The notes below the pieces were generated by a model that made no database searches, was not told the DNA's origin, and was given only the letters and a program-made list of their open reading frames with translations. A DNA stretch of 61,470 nt from Candidatus Aenigmatarchaeota archaeon (GTDB taxonomy: Archaea > Aenigmatarchaeota > Aenigmatarchaeia > CG10238-14 > SCSR01). The stretch's first letter is position 1; every line of letters starts with the position of its first letter. The stretch spans positions 1-61,470 of the forward strand of contig JAGVVV010000003.1 of assembly GCA_018304615.1 (NCBI GenBank), read 5' to 3'. Shown piece after piece: positions 1-8,981 of the stretch. Both the position numbers and the translations under genes were made by a program.

Positions 1-15
1 GGAGAATGAAATCGA

Positions 16-297
16 ATGAAAAAAAGAATTTCTCTAGCAATTCTATCTCTTGGTTTAATTTTTATTTTTGTCTCCTTCGTTACTTTTTACTTCGTTGGAA
101 CGAGCTATTCTGATTGTGCGAGTGCATGCAGTGGTGTTAACTGGTTATCTGATTTGAGTCCATTAAATATGTTCACAGTTTGTATCAGAGTTTGTCGACA
201 AGGAATGATTCCTAATTCTATTTCAATACCAATTGGTCAACTCGGTATTTTGCTAGTAGTAATTGGTCTCCTGGTGAAAAAATTCGCCAAATCTTAG
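16..297 (+). CDS. hypothetical small membrane protein
   Basis: 93-aa ORF with N- and C-terminal hydrophobic helices and a Cys-containing loop (CASAC, CIRVC); converges on the DUF655 gene. Confidence 0.55.
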   Translation: MKKRISLAILSLGLIFIFVSFVTFYFVGTSYSDCASACSGVNWLSDLSPLNMFTVCIRVCRQGMIPNSISIPIGQLGILLVVIGLLVKKFAKS

Positions 298-839
298 ATC
301 CTTCCTGCAGCTACGAATAGTTTGTATCTGTCTTTTCCCTCAAGTTCGTCGAGAATTCTCTTGATTACAATTTTTTTAGGGTCAGGTAGCATCTCCACTC
401 TCTGCTGGATTTCTCCAAACGTATCGAACGGTTTCTTCTTTCTCTCGTTGATTATGTCCCACATGTGCTTCTTCCCAATTCCAGGGAGCAACTCCAAACT
501 GTGCAGTCTGGTTGTGATAGGTCCTGAGAGATTGAAGAAGTCTACGAACCTTTTTTGATCACTATTAACCATATCTGTTACAATCTGCTCCAACTCACCT
601 GTTGCATAATTTGTCAAATCCGAGTAGTTTATCCTCCCTCTTATGTATTTCACCTGTTCTCTCTTCTCGTCACCTATGTAGATCCTGTCTCTAGGCTTGA
701 GGGTGATTCCGTCTTTTATCGAAAGCTCTAAAAGATTGAAGAATTTTTCCCCGATTGTCTGTGCTACTGGTTCAGCTCTCCTGTCAGCAGCCTTTCCGCT
801 TGCAAGAAAATCCAATACTATCACGTATTCGTCTTTCAT
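294..839 (-). CDS. DUF655 family putative RNA-binding protein
   Basis: IVLDFL start, TTRLHSLELLPGIGKKHMWDI HhH-like motif; conserved position downstream of rpl21e-rpoF. Confidence 0.85.
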   Translation of the reverse strand: MKDEYVIVLDFLASGKAADRRAEPVAQTIGEKFFNLLELSIKDGITLKPRDRIYIGDEKREQVKYIRGRINYSDLTNYATGELEQIVTDMVNSDQKRFVDFFNLSGPITTRLHSLELLPGIGKKHMWDIINERKKKPFDTFGEIQQRVEMLPDPKKIVIKRILDELEGKDRYKLFVAAGRI

Positions 840-860
840 GTCTGGATCACCAGAGGAAAC

Positions 861-1187
861 TTAGATTGTATCCTTTACGATTTTAATTATAGAATCAGCA
901 TCTTCGGGGGTTAAGTTCGAGGATTCCTTGTGAAGAATAGCCCTCAAGTCATCCTTGTCTTCTGGAAGGAAGTTGGCTATAGCAATCACTTGTTTATCTC
1001 TTAGTTTACCCATCGCAGTCAATTGCTCGACTAGCTTCTTTATGTCAGCCGGATCTTTCTTGGCGAATTTCTTAAGAACGTCCGCAGAGTTCTTCTGCTG
1101 AGGCTTGAGCTCTGAGTCCTTCTCTTTCTTCTCGAGTATCTCTTTAGCCTCTACGTCTGCAATTATCTTCTCGCTCAATACGTTCAT
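861..1187 (-). CDS. rpoF: RNA polymerase subunit F (Rpo4)
   Basis: IANFLPEDKDDLRAIL HRDC-like C-terminus; sits between rpl21e and DUF655 as in the conserved archaeal cluster. Confidence 0.85.
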   Translation of the reverse strand: MNVLSEKIIADVEAKEILEKKEKDSELKPQQKNSADVLKKFAKKDPADIKKLVEQLTAMGKLRDKQVIAIANFLPEDKDDLRAILHKESSNLTPEDADSIIKIVKDTI

Positions 1188-1472
1188 TCACATCGCCTTC
1201 AGGTGCTCTGGAGCTGAAATAAGCTTCTTCACCTTATTTCCATCTACTATTTCAACAATATAACTTTTACCCCTGCGGCCAATTACTTTTCCCATCTTCC
1301 CCTTAAATCTTGGGTGGGGCATCCCCCTCTGGGAAGCAGGCTCCTGCAAAATTACGACTGCCTGGTTCTCTTTGAATTCCTGCAAAAACTTGGTTATAGG
1401 AGGCCTGTAGGCTACCTTCTGCTTTAACTTGAACCTTGTCTTTGCTCGAAAACCTCTCGTCTTCTTTACCAT
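1188..1472 (-). CDS. rpl21e: 50S ribosomal protein L21e
   Basis: GFRAKTRFKL, GMPHPRFKGKMGKV, KKLISAPEHLK motifs. Confidence 0.95.
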   Translation of the reverse strand: MVKKTRGFRAKTRFKLKQKVAYRPPITKFLQEFKENQAVVILQEPASQRGMPHPRFKGKMGKVIGRRGKSYIVEIVDGNKVKKLISAPEHLKAM

Positions 1473-1522
1473 CTTCTTACCTCAGTATATTCTTGAGTCT
1501 GTGAAGCTTATAAAATTACCTC

Positions 1523-2788
1523 CTAGAATTTGGAGTGTATCTTCACCACATCCAGAAGTATCCTCTTCACCTTGTTCCCAAGTATGTCTGACACGTTAGG
1601 CTTTGTCCTTCCCTCGTCTCCAGTTATTAGTTCCTTTATGTAAAGTCCTGATTCAGAATGAATCTTCAATTCCAGTTTCTTCTTTCCGAGAACTCTCCAA
1701 GAAATCCTCTTTACCATCCTTTTTCTCTGCAAATCAGCTCTCCTATGGGCAACTCTTGTCGGAGTCCTCTGCTCTATTTTCATCTCTAAACTTTTCAGGT
1801 CTTTCAACTTATTCTTGTCTACATTTTTTCCAAAATTCACAACTGCGATATACGTCTTGTCTATTTTTGCAGCCTTTATCTTCCTCACAAATTCCTTGTC
1901 GACAAATTTCAACGATTTTATCTTCACTTTTTTCGACTTTAGCTTCTGTATTTTCTTCAAATCCAGTTTCCTCACTTTCGGCTTTACTATTTCTATAACA
2001 AACGGCCTGTAAGCAAGGCATCTTGCATCTATGTCTTCCCTTCCTGCACCATGGAAACTAGATTCTCTCGCCTTAGCGAACTTGACAAATGGTTTTTCTA
2101 TCTCTTCCTGAACAGAAGTCTTGTAAAGTTTACCTGTTCCTTTGCAGACTTTACATCCTTTTCCTCCGCATTCAGGGCACAACCATTTCGTCTGCGGGAT
2201 TCCTCTAACCAATTTGCTGTAATATCCGAAAATGAACAAGGATCTTATCGACGTTCTTATCTTTTCTGCATCCAAGTCTACTAGAACTGTGACATCTGGA
2301 TTTTTCATGGAGAAAGTTTTTCCTGTCAGTTTCTCCAACCTCTTCCCAACTTCTCGATTAATCTCACTTTTTATAGGTTCTACGAAGTCTATCCCAGTCT
2401 TCTGCCAAATATCTTCTTCAGCTCTTGACATTTCAACAGAAGGTACGCTTCCGACAAGAAAAGTCCTGTATTCTATTCCTTCAAGTTTTTTTACAGTTTC
2501 TTCAGCTACATCATCTATTTTTTCGGGAAAAAAATTTTTACACACTTTGCACTTTTCCGGCTTGGGAGGTTTTATTTTAGAATTCCTGAATTTTATGCCG
2601 TAAAGATTTTTAGAATCTATTTCTATTTTTTCTCCTGCATCAACCATCATCGCAATTGTATTCCTGATCATTTTTCCTCTTTCCTCATTTGTCAAACCAG
2701 ATAGAAGCTGTCCAAACTGTCTTCCGAGGCATGAATCACATATGTAATCGTCTTTCAGAACTTCTACTGCCTTTTCGATAGTATTCAT
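1523..2788 (-). CDS. pus10: tRNA pseudouridine 54/55 synthase Pus10
   Basis: N-terminal ICDSCLGRQF, catalytic GAGREDIDAR, IEQRTPTRVAHRRAD and GLYIKELITGD motifs. Confidence 0.92.
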   Translation of the reverse strand: MNTIEKAVEVLKDDYICDSCLGRQFGQLLSGLTNEERGKMIRNTIAMMVDAGEKIEIDSKNLYGIKFRNSKIKPPKPEKCKVCKNFFPEKIDDVAEETVKKLEGIEYRTFLVGSVPSVEMSRAEEDIWQKTGIDFVEPIKSEINREVGKRLEKLTGKTFSMKNPDVTVLVDLDAEKIRTSIRSLFIFGYYSKLVRGIPQTKWLCPECGGKGCKVCKGTGKLYKTSVQEEIEKPFVKFAKARESSFHGAGREDIDARCLAYRPFVIEIVKPKVRKLDLKKIQKLKSKKVKIKSLKFVDKEFVRKIKAAKIDKTYIAVVNFGKNVDKNKLKDLKSLEMKIEQRTPTRVAHRRADLQRKRMVKRISWRVLGKKKLELKIHSESGLYIKELITGDEGRTKPNVSDILGNKVKRILLDVVKIHSKF

Positions 2789-2821
2789 AAATATCTTAAT
2801 TGAATTCTACTTAAAAACGAT

Positions 2822-2998
2822 TCAACCGAACCTTTTATCCTTACGATAAGCAGCTAAAGATGCCAGAGCACCAGCAGCTGTAAATGAGCCTAAAAGATTT
2901 GCGGCATTATATCTACCAGTAAAATAAGCATGAACGGTTTCAGCAAAAAGTAAAGCTGTGACGACTACCAATGGAACTGTAAGTGTGTATTTGAACAT
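2822..2998 (-). CDS. 58-aa two-helix membrane protein (below ORF-track cutoff)
   Basis: Read by hand: MFKYTLTVPLVVVTALLFAETVHAYFTGRYNAANLLGSFTAAGALASLAAYRKDKRFG*; fills the srp54-pus10 gap. Confidence 0.5.
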   Translation of the reverse strand: MFKYTLTVPLVVVTALLFAETVHAYFTGRYNAANLLGSFTAAGALASLAAYRKDKRFG

Positions 2999-3046
2999 AG
3001 TCAGTTACTATTAGGACAAGTATTTATGATTTTCTCTTACAAACAT

Positions 3047-4369
3047 TTAGAACTTGAACCCAAATTGTTTCCCCAAATTCTTCAGAGCTCCTCTTTGAAG
3101 GCCTGCTTGTCCTCCAAGCATCTTCATCATTTTCTTCATCTTCTCATACTGATCTAACAGTTCCCTGACTTCTGACTCAGGTCTTCCACTTCCTTTTGCA
3201 ATCCTCTTTATCCTGCTTGCATTGACTATTCCTGGATTCTCTTTCTCAGATTTTGTCATTGATTGCAATATATGTTTGAAGCGTTTCATCTTCTCTTCCT
3301 GCTTTTCCATCATGGCTTCTGGCATAGCAGCTCCGAGACCAGGGACCATTTTTGCTATTTGCCCCAAAGGACCCATCTTCTGCATGGCCTCAATTTGGTC
3401 ATAAAAATCTTGCAAGTTGAATCTGCCTTCGACTATTTTTTCCACAGATTCTTTCTTGATGTCAACTTCCTTCGCCTTCTCTAGAAGAGTTTCCAAATCT
3501 CCCAATCCGAGAAGTCTAGAAACGAATCTCTTCGGATCATATGATTCCAAATCATCAATCTTCTCACCCACTCCGATGAATTTTACTTTCGCTCCTGTTA
3601 CCGACGCGGCGGCCAATGCCCCACCTGCTTTCGCAGTCCCATCCATCTTAGATATAACCACCCCTGTCACTCCAGCAAGCTTGTGGAATTCTTCTGCCTG
3701 GACTTTCGCAACTTTACCCAAATCAGCAGGAATAACCAACAAAACTTCGTCAGGTTTTATTATTTCTGTAAGTTTCTTCAATTCCTCAGCAAGTTCCTTG
3801 TCCAGCGCGTTCCTGCCTGCAGTGTCGAAAATTACAGTATCATATTTCTCGAATTTCTTCATGCCTTCTGCCGCAGCTTCATATGGATTCTTGTTGGAAT
3901 TGATATGTACAGGAACCCCAATCTGTTTCCCCAACTGTTCTAACTGTTGTGGTGCGGCTGGCCTATGATAATCCAATGCTACAAGCGCGGGCTTCAATCC
4001 CTGTTTCATCAATGATTTCGATAATTTTCCTATCGTGGTGGTTTTTCCAGAACCGAAAAGTCCGACAAACATGATTCTTTTCTTTCCCATCAATGGAGCT
4101 GGATTTTCTCCAAGAAGCTTTACTAATTCTTCATAAATTGTCTTCAAAACATGCTCCCTCAAAGTCAATCCAGCAGGAGTCTTTTCTTCAAGAGTCTTCC
4201 TTCTTACATTGCTCACTAGTTCATCTGCAAGTTTGATGTCTACGTCTGATTGAAGAAGAAGTATCTTCAAGTCGTTCAAGATTTCTTCTACTAATTTCTT
4301 GTCTACTGATGTTCCTGTAGTCAGCTTCCTTATTAAACCGCTTAATCCTTTGCCTAGGCTATCAAACAT
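3047..4369 (-). CDS. srp54: signal recognition particle protein SRP54
   Basis: GLFGSGKTTT, DTAGR, SKMDGTAKAGG GTPase motifs and Met-rich M domain (NASRIKRIAKGSG). Confidence 0.97.
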   Translation of the reverse strand: MFDSLGKGLSGLIRKLTTGTSVDKKLVEEILNDLKILLLQSDVDIKLADELVSNVRRKTLEEKTPAGLTLREHVLKTIYEELVKLLGENPAPLMGKKRIMFVGLFGSGKTTTIGKLSKSLMKQGLKPALVALDYHRPAAPQQLEQLGKQIGVPVHINSNKNPYEAAAEGMKKFEKYDTVIFDTAGRNALDKELAEELKKLTEIIKPDEVLLVIPADLGKVAKVQAEEFHKLAGVTGVVISKMDGTAKAGGALAAASVTGAKVKFIGVGEKIDDLESYDPKRFVSRLLGLGDLETLLEKAKEVDIKKESVEKIVEGRFNLQDFYDQIEAMQKMGPLGQIAKMVPGLGAAMPEAMMEKQEEKMKRFKHILQSMTKSEKENPGIVNASRIKRIAKGSGRPESEVRELLDQYEKMKKMMKMLGGQAGLQRGALKNLGKQFGFKF

Positions 4370-4422
4370 AACTTTCTATTGTAAATGTGAAGCTTTTAAT
4401 ATTTTAACAGTTATCAAAACTT

Positions 4423-4833
4423 ATGGTCGATTTACAAGAAATTGAATATAGAAGAAAAGAAGCTTATACATCTATTGATATGTTCGAGAAGTCTTCAGTA
4501 GGATTACAGATGCAGTTAGTAAAAACTATGACCGAGAAGTCTCGATGTGTTTATTTTGAGCATGTTAGATCTGTAAAACCTGAGCATCCAGAATTCGTTC
4601 AAAAATTCGGAAGGCATCTACGATTGCTAAAAACTATTTCTCGTAATCTCTGGTATTACCGACCTAGTGTTCGCGATTCAAGATTATTAGACGAAGTCAA
4701 AGAATTAATCAACAATGCAAAAGATGCCTTGCTTGGAATTGCCGATACGTATGAAGAAATTCTGTCCTCTTACGGCATTTCTTCAATTAACTCAACAACA
4801 AATTCACAAATTCCTGAGCTTCAAATTTCTTGA
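4423..4833 (+). CDS. hypothetical protein
   Basis: 136-aa ORF occupying the ftsY-srp54 gap on the opposite strand; its 3' end overlaps the ftsY 3' end by 47 nt. Confidence 0.5.
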   Translation: MVDLQEIEYRRKEAYTSIDMFEKSSVGLQMQLVKTMTEKSRCVYFEHVRSVKPEHPEFVQKFGRHLRLLKTISRNLWYYRPSVRDSRLLDEVKELINNAKDALLGIADTYEEILSSYGISSINSTTNSQIPELQIS

Positions 4834-6034
4834 AATCTTTGTATTCCTGCCCTAATCCTATGAAAAGAATAGGTTTCTTCAGTTCATGAGTCACAGAAAG
4901 AATTGCTCCTCCCTTCTCGTTTACGTCAACTTTGGTAAAAATCAACCCATCGACTCCAACTTCATTGTACATCCTTGCCTGAATGACTGCGTCGTTACCT
5001 GTGAGAGAGTCTATCACCAGTAATTTCAAATCAGGTTTGTTGACTCTGATAATTTTCTGCATCTGGTCCATGAGATTTTTGTTCGTGTGAGCCCTTCCAG
5101 CTGTGTCTGCCAGAACAAAATCAATTCCGTTTGCCTTCGCATGCTCTACGGCATCAAAAATAACCGCAGCAGGATCAGCACCGTACTGATGCTTGATTAC
5201 TTTAACTCCAATTCTCTTCGCGTGCTCTTCCAACTGCTCTTCGGCTGCAGCCCTGAATGTATCAGCAGCAGCAAAGACGCACGAATATCCGTTTTCAATC
5301 AGCCACTTTCCTACTTTTGCCAGGCTTGTAGTCTTTCCAGATCCGTTAAAACCAAGGAAAACTATCAAAAATGGTTTCTTCTGCTTTGCAAGAGAGGCGA
5401 GATCAACAGCCGGAACATTCAGTATTTCCATCAGGCTGTTTCTGATAGATTCTGTGACGATTTTATTTTCAGTCCCCCTCTTGATTTCTCTGTCAAGAAG
5501 ATTGTTCTTCAAATCGTTCTTTATCTTTTCGGCAACTTCATAGGCAACATCAGATTCAATCAACCCAGTCTCCAAATCATTCAAAACAGGAACCACGTCT
5601 TTTTCAGAGAGTTTCTTCTCTACTACTTTCTTGACGACTTTCTCGAAAACTTTCTCGAAGAATCCCTTTTTCTTTGGTTTTTCTACTTCCTTTTCTACAA
5701 CCGCAAATTCAGGCTTTACTTCGATCGGTTTTTCCGAAGGAATCTCAGGACTTATCTTCTCAGTTTCCTCAACTAGTTCGGGGGCGAGAGTTTTTTCTAT
5801 CTCTTCAGTCTCTGGTATCTGTTCTAAAACTTCTTCCTTTATTTCTTCAACTATTTCTGGTTCTATTTTTTTTATCTCTTCTACTTCTTTCTGAATTTCA
5901 ATCTGCGGCTTGATTTTTTCTTCAACAACCGGTTTAATCTCTTGCGGTTCTTGAACTGGCTCCTCTTTTTTTTCGAACTTATCAGAAATAGACTGAACTG
6001 CCTTTTTGATTTTGTCTTTCAGAAAACCGAACAT
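4787..6034 (-). CDS. ftsY: SRP receptor FtsY
   Basis: Acidic Glu-rich N-region then GFNGSGKTT, ADTFRAAA, DTAGR, TKVD; start set at MFGFLK (6034), just after the pfdA stop. Confidence 0.95.
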   Translation of the reverse strand: MFGFLKDKIKKAVQSISDKFEKKEEPVQEPQEIKPVVEEKIKPQIEIQKEVEEIKKIEPEIVEEIKEEVLEQIPETEEIEKTLAPELVEETEKISPEIPSEKPIEVKPEFAVVEKEVEKPKKKGFFEKVFEKVVKKVVEKKLSEKDVVPVLNDLETGLIESDVAYEVAEKIKNDLKNNLLDREIKRGTENKIVTESIRNSLMEILNVPAVDLASLAKQKKPFLIVFLGFNGSGKTTSLAKVGKWLIENGYSCVFAAADTFRAAAEEQLEEHAKRIGVKVIKHQYGADPAAVIFDAVEHAKANGIDFVLADTAGRAHTNKNLMDQMQKIIRVNKPDLKLLVIDSLTGNDAVIQARMYNEVGVDGLIFTKVDVNEKGGAILSVTHELKKPILFIGLGQEYKDFKKFEAQEFVNLLLS

Positions 6035-6035
6035 T

Positions 6036-6458
6036 TCAACCACCTTCTAGGTTCTCGTGTCCTTCGACCATGGATTCCAGTTCAGGAGCCAAAATTTCCA
6101 ACCTGTTAGCAGTCTCGACCATCTGATCCTGTATCTTCCTTATCACATCTTCAACCTCATTCTTCCTCTCTTCCAGAATTTTCGCGGCTTCCTCAGGAGT
6201 TTTCTCAAGTGCGACTCCTGCACCAATTTCTACGATCATTTTGTTGCTGGTAATTTTTCCAAAAGTATAGGCTGTCGAACCTAAAGGAAATAACACTTCA
6301 TCCTTGTTCCTCCGAAGTTCATTGATACTTTCCAGAGTTGATTCTATCTCTGCCATTCTTTGCAGCAAAAGATCTCTTTGTTTGGACATTGGTTCCAATC
6401 TGCTCTCGAGAATCCTGTATGCTAGAGCTTTCTCCTGCAATTCCTTCTTATCTGCCAT
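6036..6458 (-). CDS. pfdA: prefoldin alpha subunit
   Basis: Coiled coils flanking LFPLGSTAY...IVEIGAGVALEK beta-hairpins; upstream of ftsY; start set at MADKK. Confidence 0.93.
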   Translation of the reverse strand: MADKKELQEKALAYRILESRLEPMSKQRDLLLQRMAEIESTLESINELRRNKDEVLFPLGSTAYTFGKITSNKMIVEIGAGVALEKTPEEAAKILEERKNEVEDVIRKIQDQMVETANRLEILAPELESMVEGHENLEGG

Positions 6459-6499
6459 CAAATCACAATTTAATTTGGGGGACAAGCTTAATAATTAAT

Positions 6500-6979
6500 A
6501 TGAACTACCCAGCCTTAGCTTTTCTAATCCTCTTTTTCCTCATCCTTGTGGTAGTAGTGAATGCTGCTAACGGGACGGTTTCTCTGAATGTCTACAACTC
6601 CACAGTCTGGTGGAACGACAGCGTGACAGTCAATGGAACTGCCACTTATACAAATGGCTCGACTTTCGGCTCAGGACAAACCGCCAATGTGACCTTGGAT
6701 AATGTGCAATATTGCACTGGAACCACGAATTCGACTGGTTTCTACAACTGCACTTTCAGAGCTCCGATCAGGCTTGGGACTTACACACTCCAAGTTACTG
6801 TCACAAATTCATCTGGGCAATCTGTTTCCAATTCTTCCTCATTCTATGTAAAACCGAACTTTGGAGAGACTGTCATAGGAAAGGTTGACAGGTCCGTCTT
6901 CGAAGTCCCGATGCTGATTGAAGACATGGACGGAACCATCAGGCAGATTTGGGCCCGCGTGATTGTCTGGAAGGCGTAA
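6500..6979 (+). CDS. secreted Ig-like beta-sandwich glycoprotein
   Basis: Signal peptide from MNYPAL (6500), many N-x-S/T sequons, TNSTGFYNCTF and GTYTLQVTVT strands; the longer ORF-track start overlaps pfdA. Confidence 0.7.
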   Translation: MNYPALAFLILFFLILVVVVNAANGTVSLNVYNSTVWWNDSVTVNGTATYTNGSTFGSGQTANVTLDNVQYCTGTTNSTGFYNCTFRAPIRLGTYTLQVTVTNSSGQSVSNSSSFYVKPNFGETVIGKVDRSVFEVPMLIEDMDGTIRQIWARVIVWKA

Positions 6980-7035
6980 CCACCACTCATGCAAGTTCTA
7001 AAATTATTTCAGAAAAATTTCAATATTTTTATTTC

Positions 7036-7779
7036 ATGCCTGTGATATCTGTTTTCAGGTTTGAGATGATTCCGGAAACTCATAAGATCTGCAGAATCCT
7101 CAATTCGAACAAGTTCGAAGGCAAGTGGTTCACAGCCAAGCCGAGCAAATACAACGAGAGCGAAGTGTTCATCCAATTTTGGTTCTATGAGGATGTGGAA
7201 GAGTCTTTCAAGAGGATTTATTCTGAGGACGATTTTTATGAGATAGTAACTTATCTGAAGGAAAACGGCAAGAACAAAGTGCTGAAAAGGATTTACATCT
7301 TCATGAACACCTTTCTCAAGACTCTGGAAGTTTACAGGGGAAATGATGAGAAAACAACTGAATTAGTTTCCATTCTGGAAAGTTTGTTGGATTGTAAATT
7401 CGAGCAGCTCAGCCTCCCGCCTGAGACTCTTGCGAAAATCTTCTCAGAACATTCGAATGAGCTGAAGCAGGTGATGTTCAGAAACGTCAACGGTTTCTTC
7501 TACGATATCATCAGGGGAAATTATCTTGAAGCGAACGACAAATTCATAGAGTACATGCAAACATTTCCTGACAAATTGCGTGTGATCAGCTTCAGGCCGA
7601 AGATAAAATTCCTGAACAATTTTAATAAATATCAAGTTACTGTAAACGGAGACAAAGGGACGATTAGATTATCTTCAAATGAAGTTTTCCAATGGCGCCC
7701 AAGATTTGAAATTAGGCAATTAGTTTTCATTTTAATTTCTTCACTTGGACTTTTGGGGAAGAGACAGACACCTTTATAA
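7036..7779 (+). CDS. hypothetical cytoplasmic protein
   Basis: Long ORF with protein-like composition; first ATG at 7036; no family recognised. Confidence 0.6.
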   Translation: MPVISVFRFEMIPETHKICRILNSNKFEGKWFTAKPSKYNESEVFIQFWFYEDVEESFKRIYSEDDFYEIVTYLKENGKNKVLKRIYIFMNTFLKTLEVYRGNDEKTTELVSILESLLDCKFEQLSLPPETLAKIFSEHSNELKQVMFRNVNGFFYDIIRGNYLEANDKFIEYMQTFPDKLRVISFRPKIKFLNNFNKYQVTVNGDKGTIRLSSNEVFQWRPRFEIRQLVFILISSLGLLGKRQTPL

Positions 7780-7802
7780 ATTATGTATTACATGTTATAC
7801 AT
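7773..7802 (+). promoter_or_regulatory. TATA box plus two overlapping palindromic operators of the vapBC pair
   Basis: TTTATAAA 7773-7780; ATGTATTACAT 7783-7793 and ATGTTATACAT 7792-7802 directly before the ATG. Confidence 0.55.
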
Positions 7803-8054
7803 ATGAAGAAGGAGATGATTGCCGTTAGAGGGGTTGATGAGGAAGTACTAAGGAAGTTCAAGGCGAAGACTTCTGAGGAGAGGATGAAAATGGGTCAAGC
7901 ACTTACAGAAGCGATGAAAATATGGGTAAAAGAGAAGGAAAAACGTATCGATATTGATCCTAGAAATATTCTCAAGATCAAGCCTTTCAAAGTTGGAAAG
8001 AAAGTTAGATGGAGCGAAGAGGTAGATGAGATTCTTTACGGGTGGAAAAAATGA
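7803..8054 (+). CDS. antitoxin, ribbon-helix-helix-like
   Basis: IAVRGVDEEVLRKFKA...MGQALTEAM RHH pattern, C-terminal SEEVDEILYG, ATGA overlap with the PIN gene. Confidence 0.75.
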   Translation: MKKEMIAVRGVDEEVLRKFKAKTSEERMKMGQALTEAMKIWVKEKEKRIDIDPRNILKIKPFKVGKKVRWSEEVDEILYGWKK

Positions 8055-8455
8055 TTATATTGGATTCGAGTTTTCTGATTGCATTTAAGATTTTAGACGA
8101 TGTGCATCACCAAAAGGCTGTCAAATTGATGGAGAAAATAGTTTCAGGAAGATACGGAAAATCTATTCTTACAGATTATATTTTCGATGAGACTGTGACA
8201 GGAATCTTGGCTCGCAGTAAAAAACTGAAATTGGCTATTGAATTCGGGGAGGAGATTTTGCAATCTTTGCCATTGGAGAAAATTACAGACAAACTGTTCT
8301 CGGATTCATGGGAAATTTTCAAGAAGCAGTCCATCGCGGATTTGAGTTTTACTGACGCCATAATAATTTCTGTGATGCGTGAAAACGAGATTAAGAATAT
8401 AGCCACATTCGATGGCGATTTTAAGAAAATCAATGGAATAAATGTAATCAGTTAA
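8051..8455 (+). CDS. vapC: PIN-domain VapC toxin
   Basis: IILDSSFLIA, IFDETVT, LSFTDA, IATFDGDF acidic PIN motifs. Confidence 0.9.
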   Translation: MIILDSSFLIAFKILDDVHHQKAVKLMEKIVSGRYGKSILTDYIFDETVTGILARSKKLKLAIEFGEEILQSLPLEKITDKLFSDSWEIFKKQSIADLSFTDAIIISVMRENEIKNIATFDGDFKKINGINVIS

Positions 8456-8907
8456 ATTTTTCTCGCTGCTTCTTTTAGCATCTTCATCAGTTTGTCGAGT
8501 TGGCTTTTTTTGATAGAGACAGCGCCGATTGATCTGTACTTGCTTGAGGATCTGACAAGATGGTCGTGCTTGGTCTGGTTTATCCTGATGGCTTCTTCCT
8601 CACCCGAATATCTCGGTTTTATAACATCTACCCAAATCTGCTCAGTGCCGCTTTGTGCTAATTTTCCGACGAACTTGCTCTTTCCAGCAGAGTAGAAAAT
8701 CTTCGCAGGTCCCTTCTCGTCATAATTGACCTTCTTCTCCATGAGCATCCTCTCCAGGAGTTTGGTGACAGTGTGCCTGTTGAGCTTCAGCTCGTTTGCT
8801 ATGTCCGTTATCGTCAGGCCTCTCTCACTTTTTTCCAGAGTATTAAGAACATTATGTGCGTTCTTGGTGTCGTATTCTACCTCTTCGGTAGTCCTCGGTT
8901 CTCTCAT
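8452..8907 (-). CDS. winged-helix DNA-binding protein with an extra C-terminal domain
   Basis: GLTITDIANELKLNRHTVTKLLERM HTH followed by wing GPAKIF. Confidence 0.75.
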   Translation of the reverse strand: MREPRTTEEVEYDTKNAHNVLNTLEKSERGLTITDIANELKLNRHTVTKLLERMLMEKKVNYDEKGPAKIFYSAGKSKFVGKLAQSGTEQIWVDVIKPRYSGEEEAIRINQTKHDHLVRSSSKYRSIGAVSIKKSQLDKLMKMLKEAARKI

Positions 8908-8981
8908 GACCCTCTACTCTAAAGAATAGACTCAACAAATAAATATACCCACCAATACATAGATATTAAATTGGTGACTCC

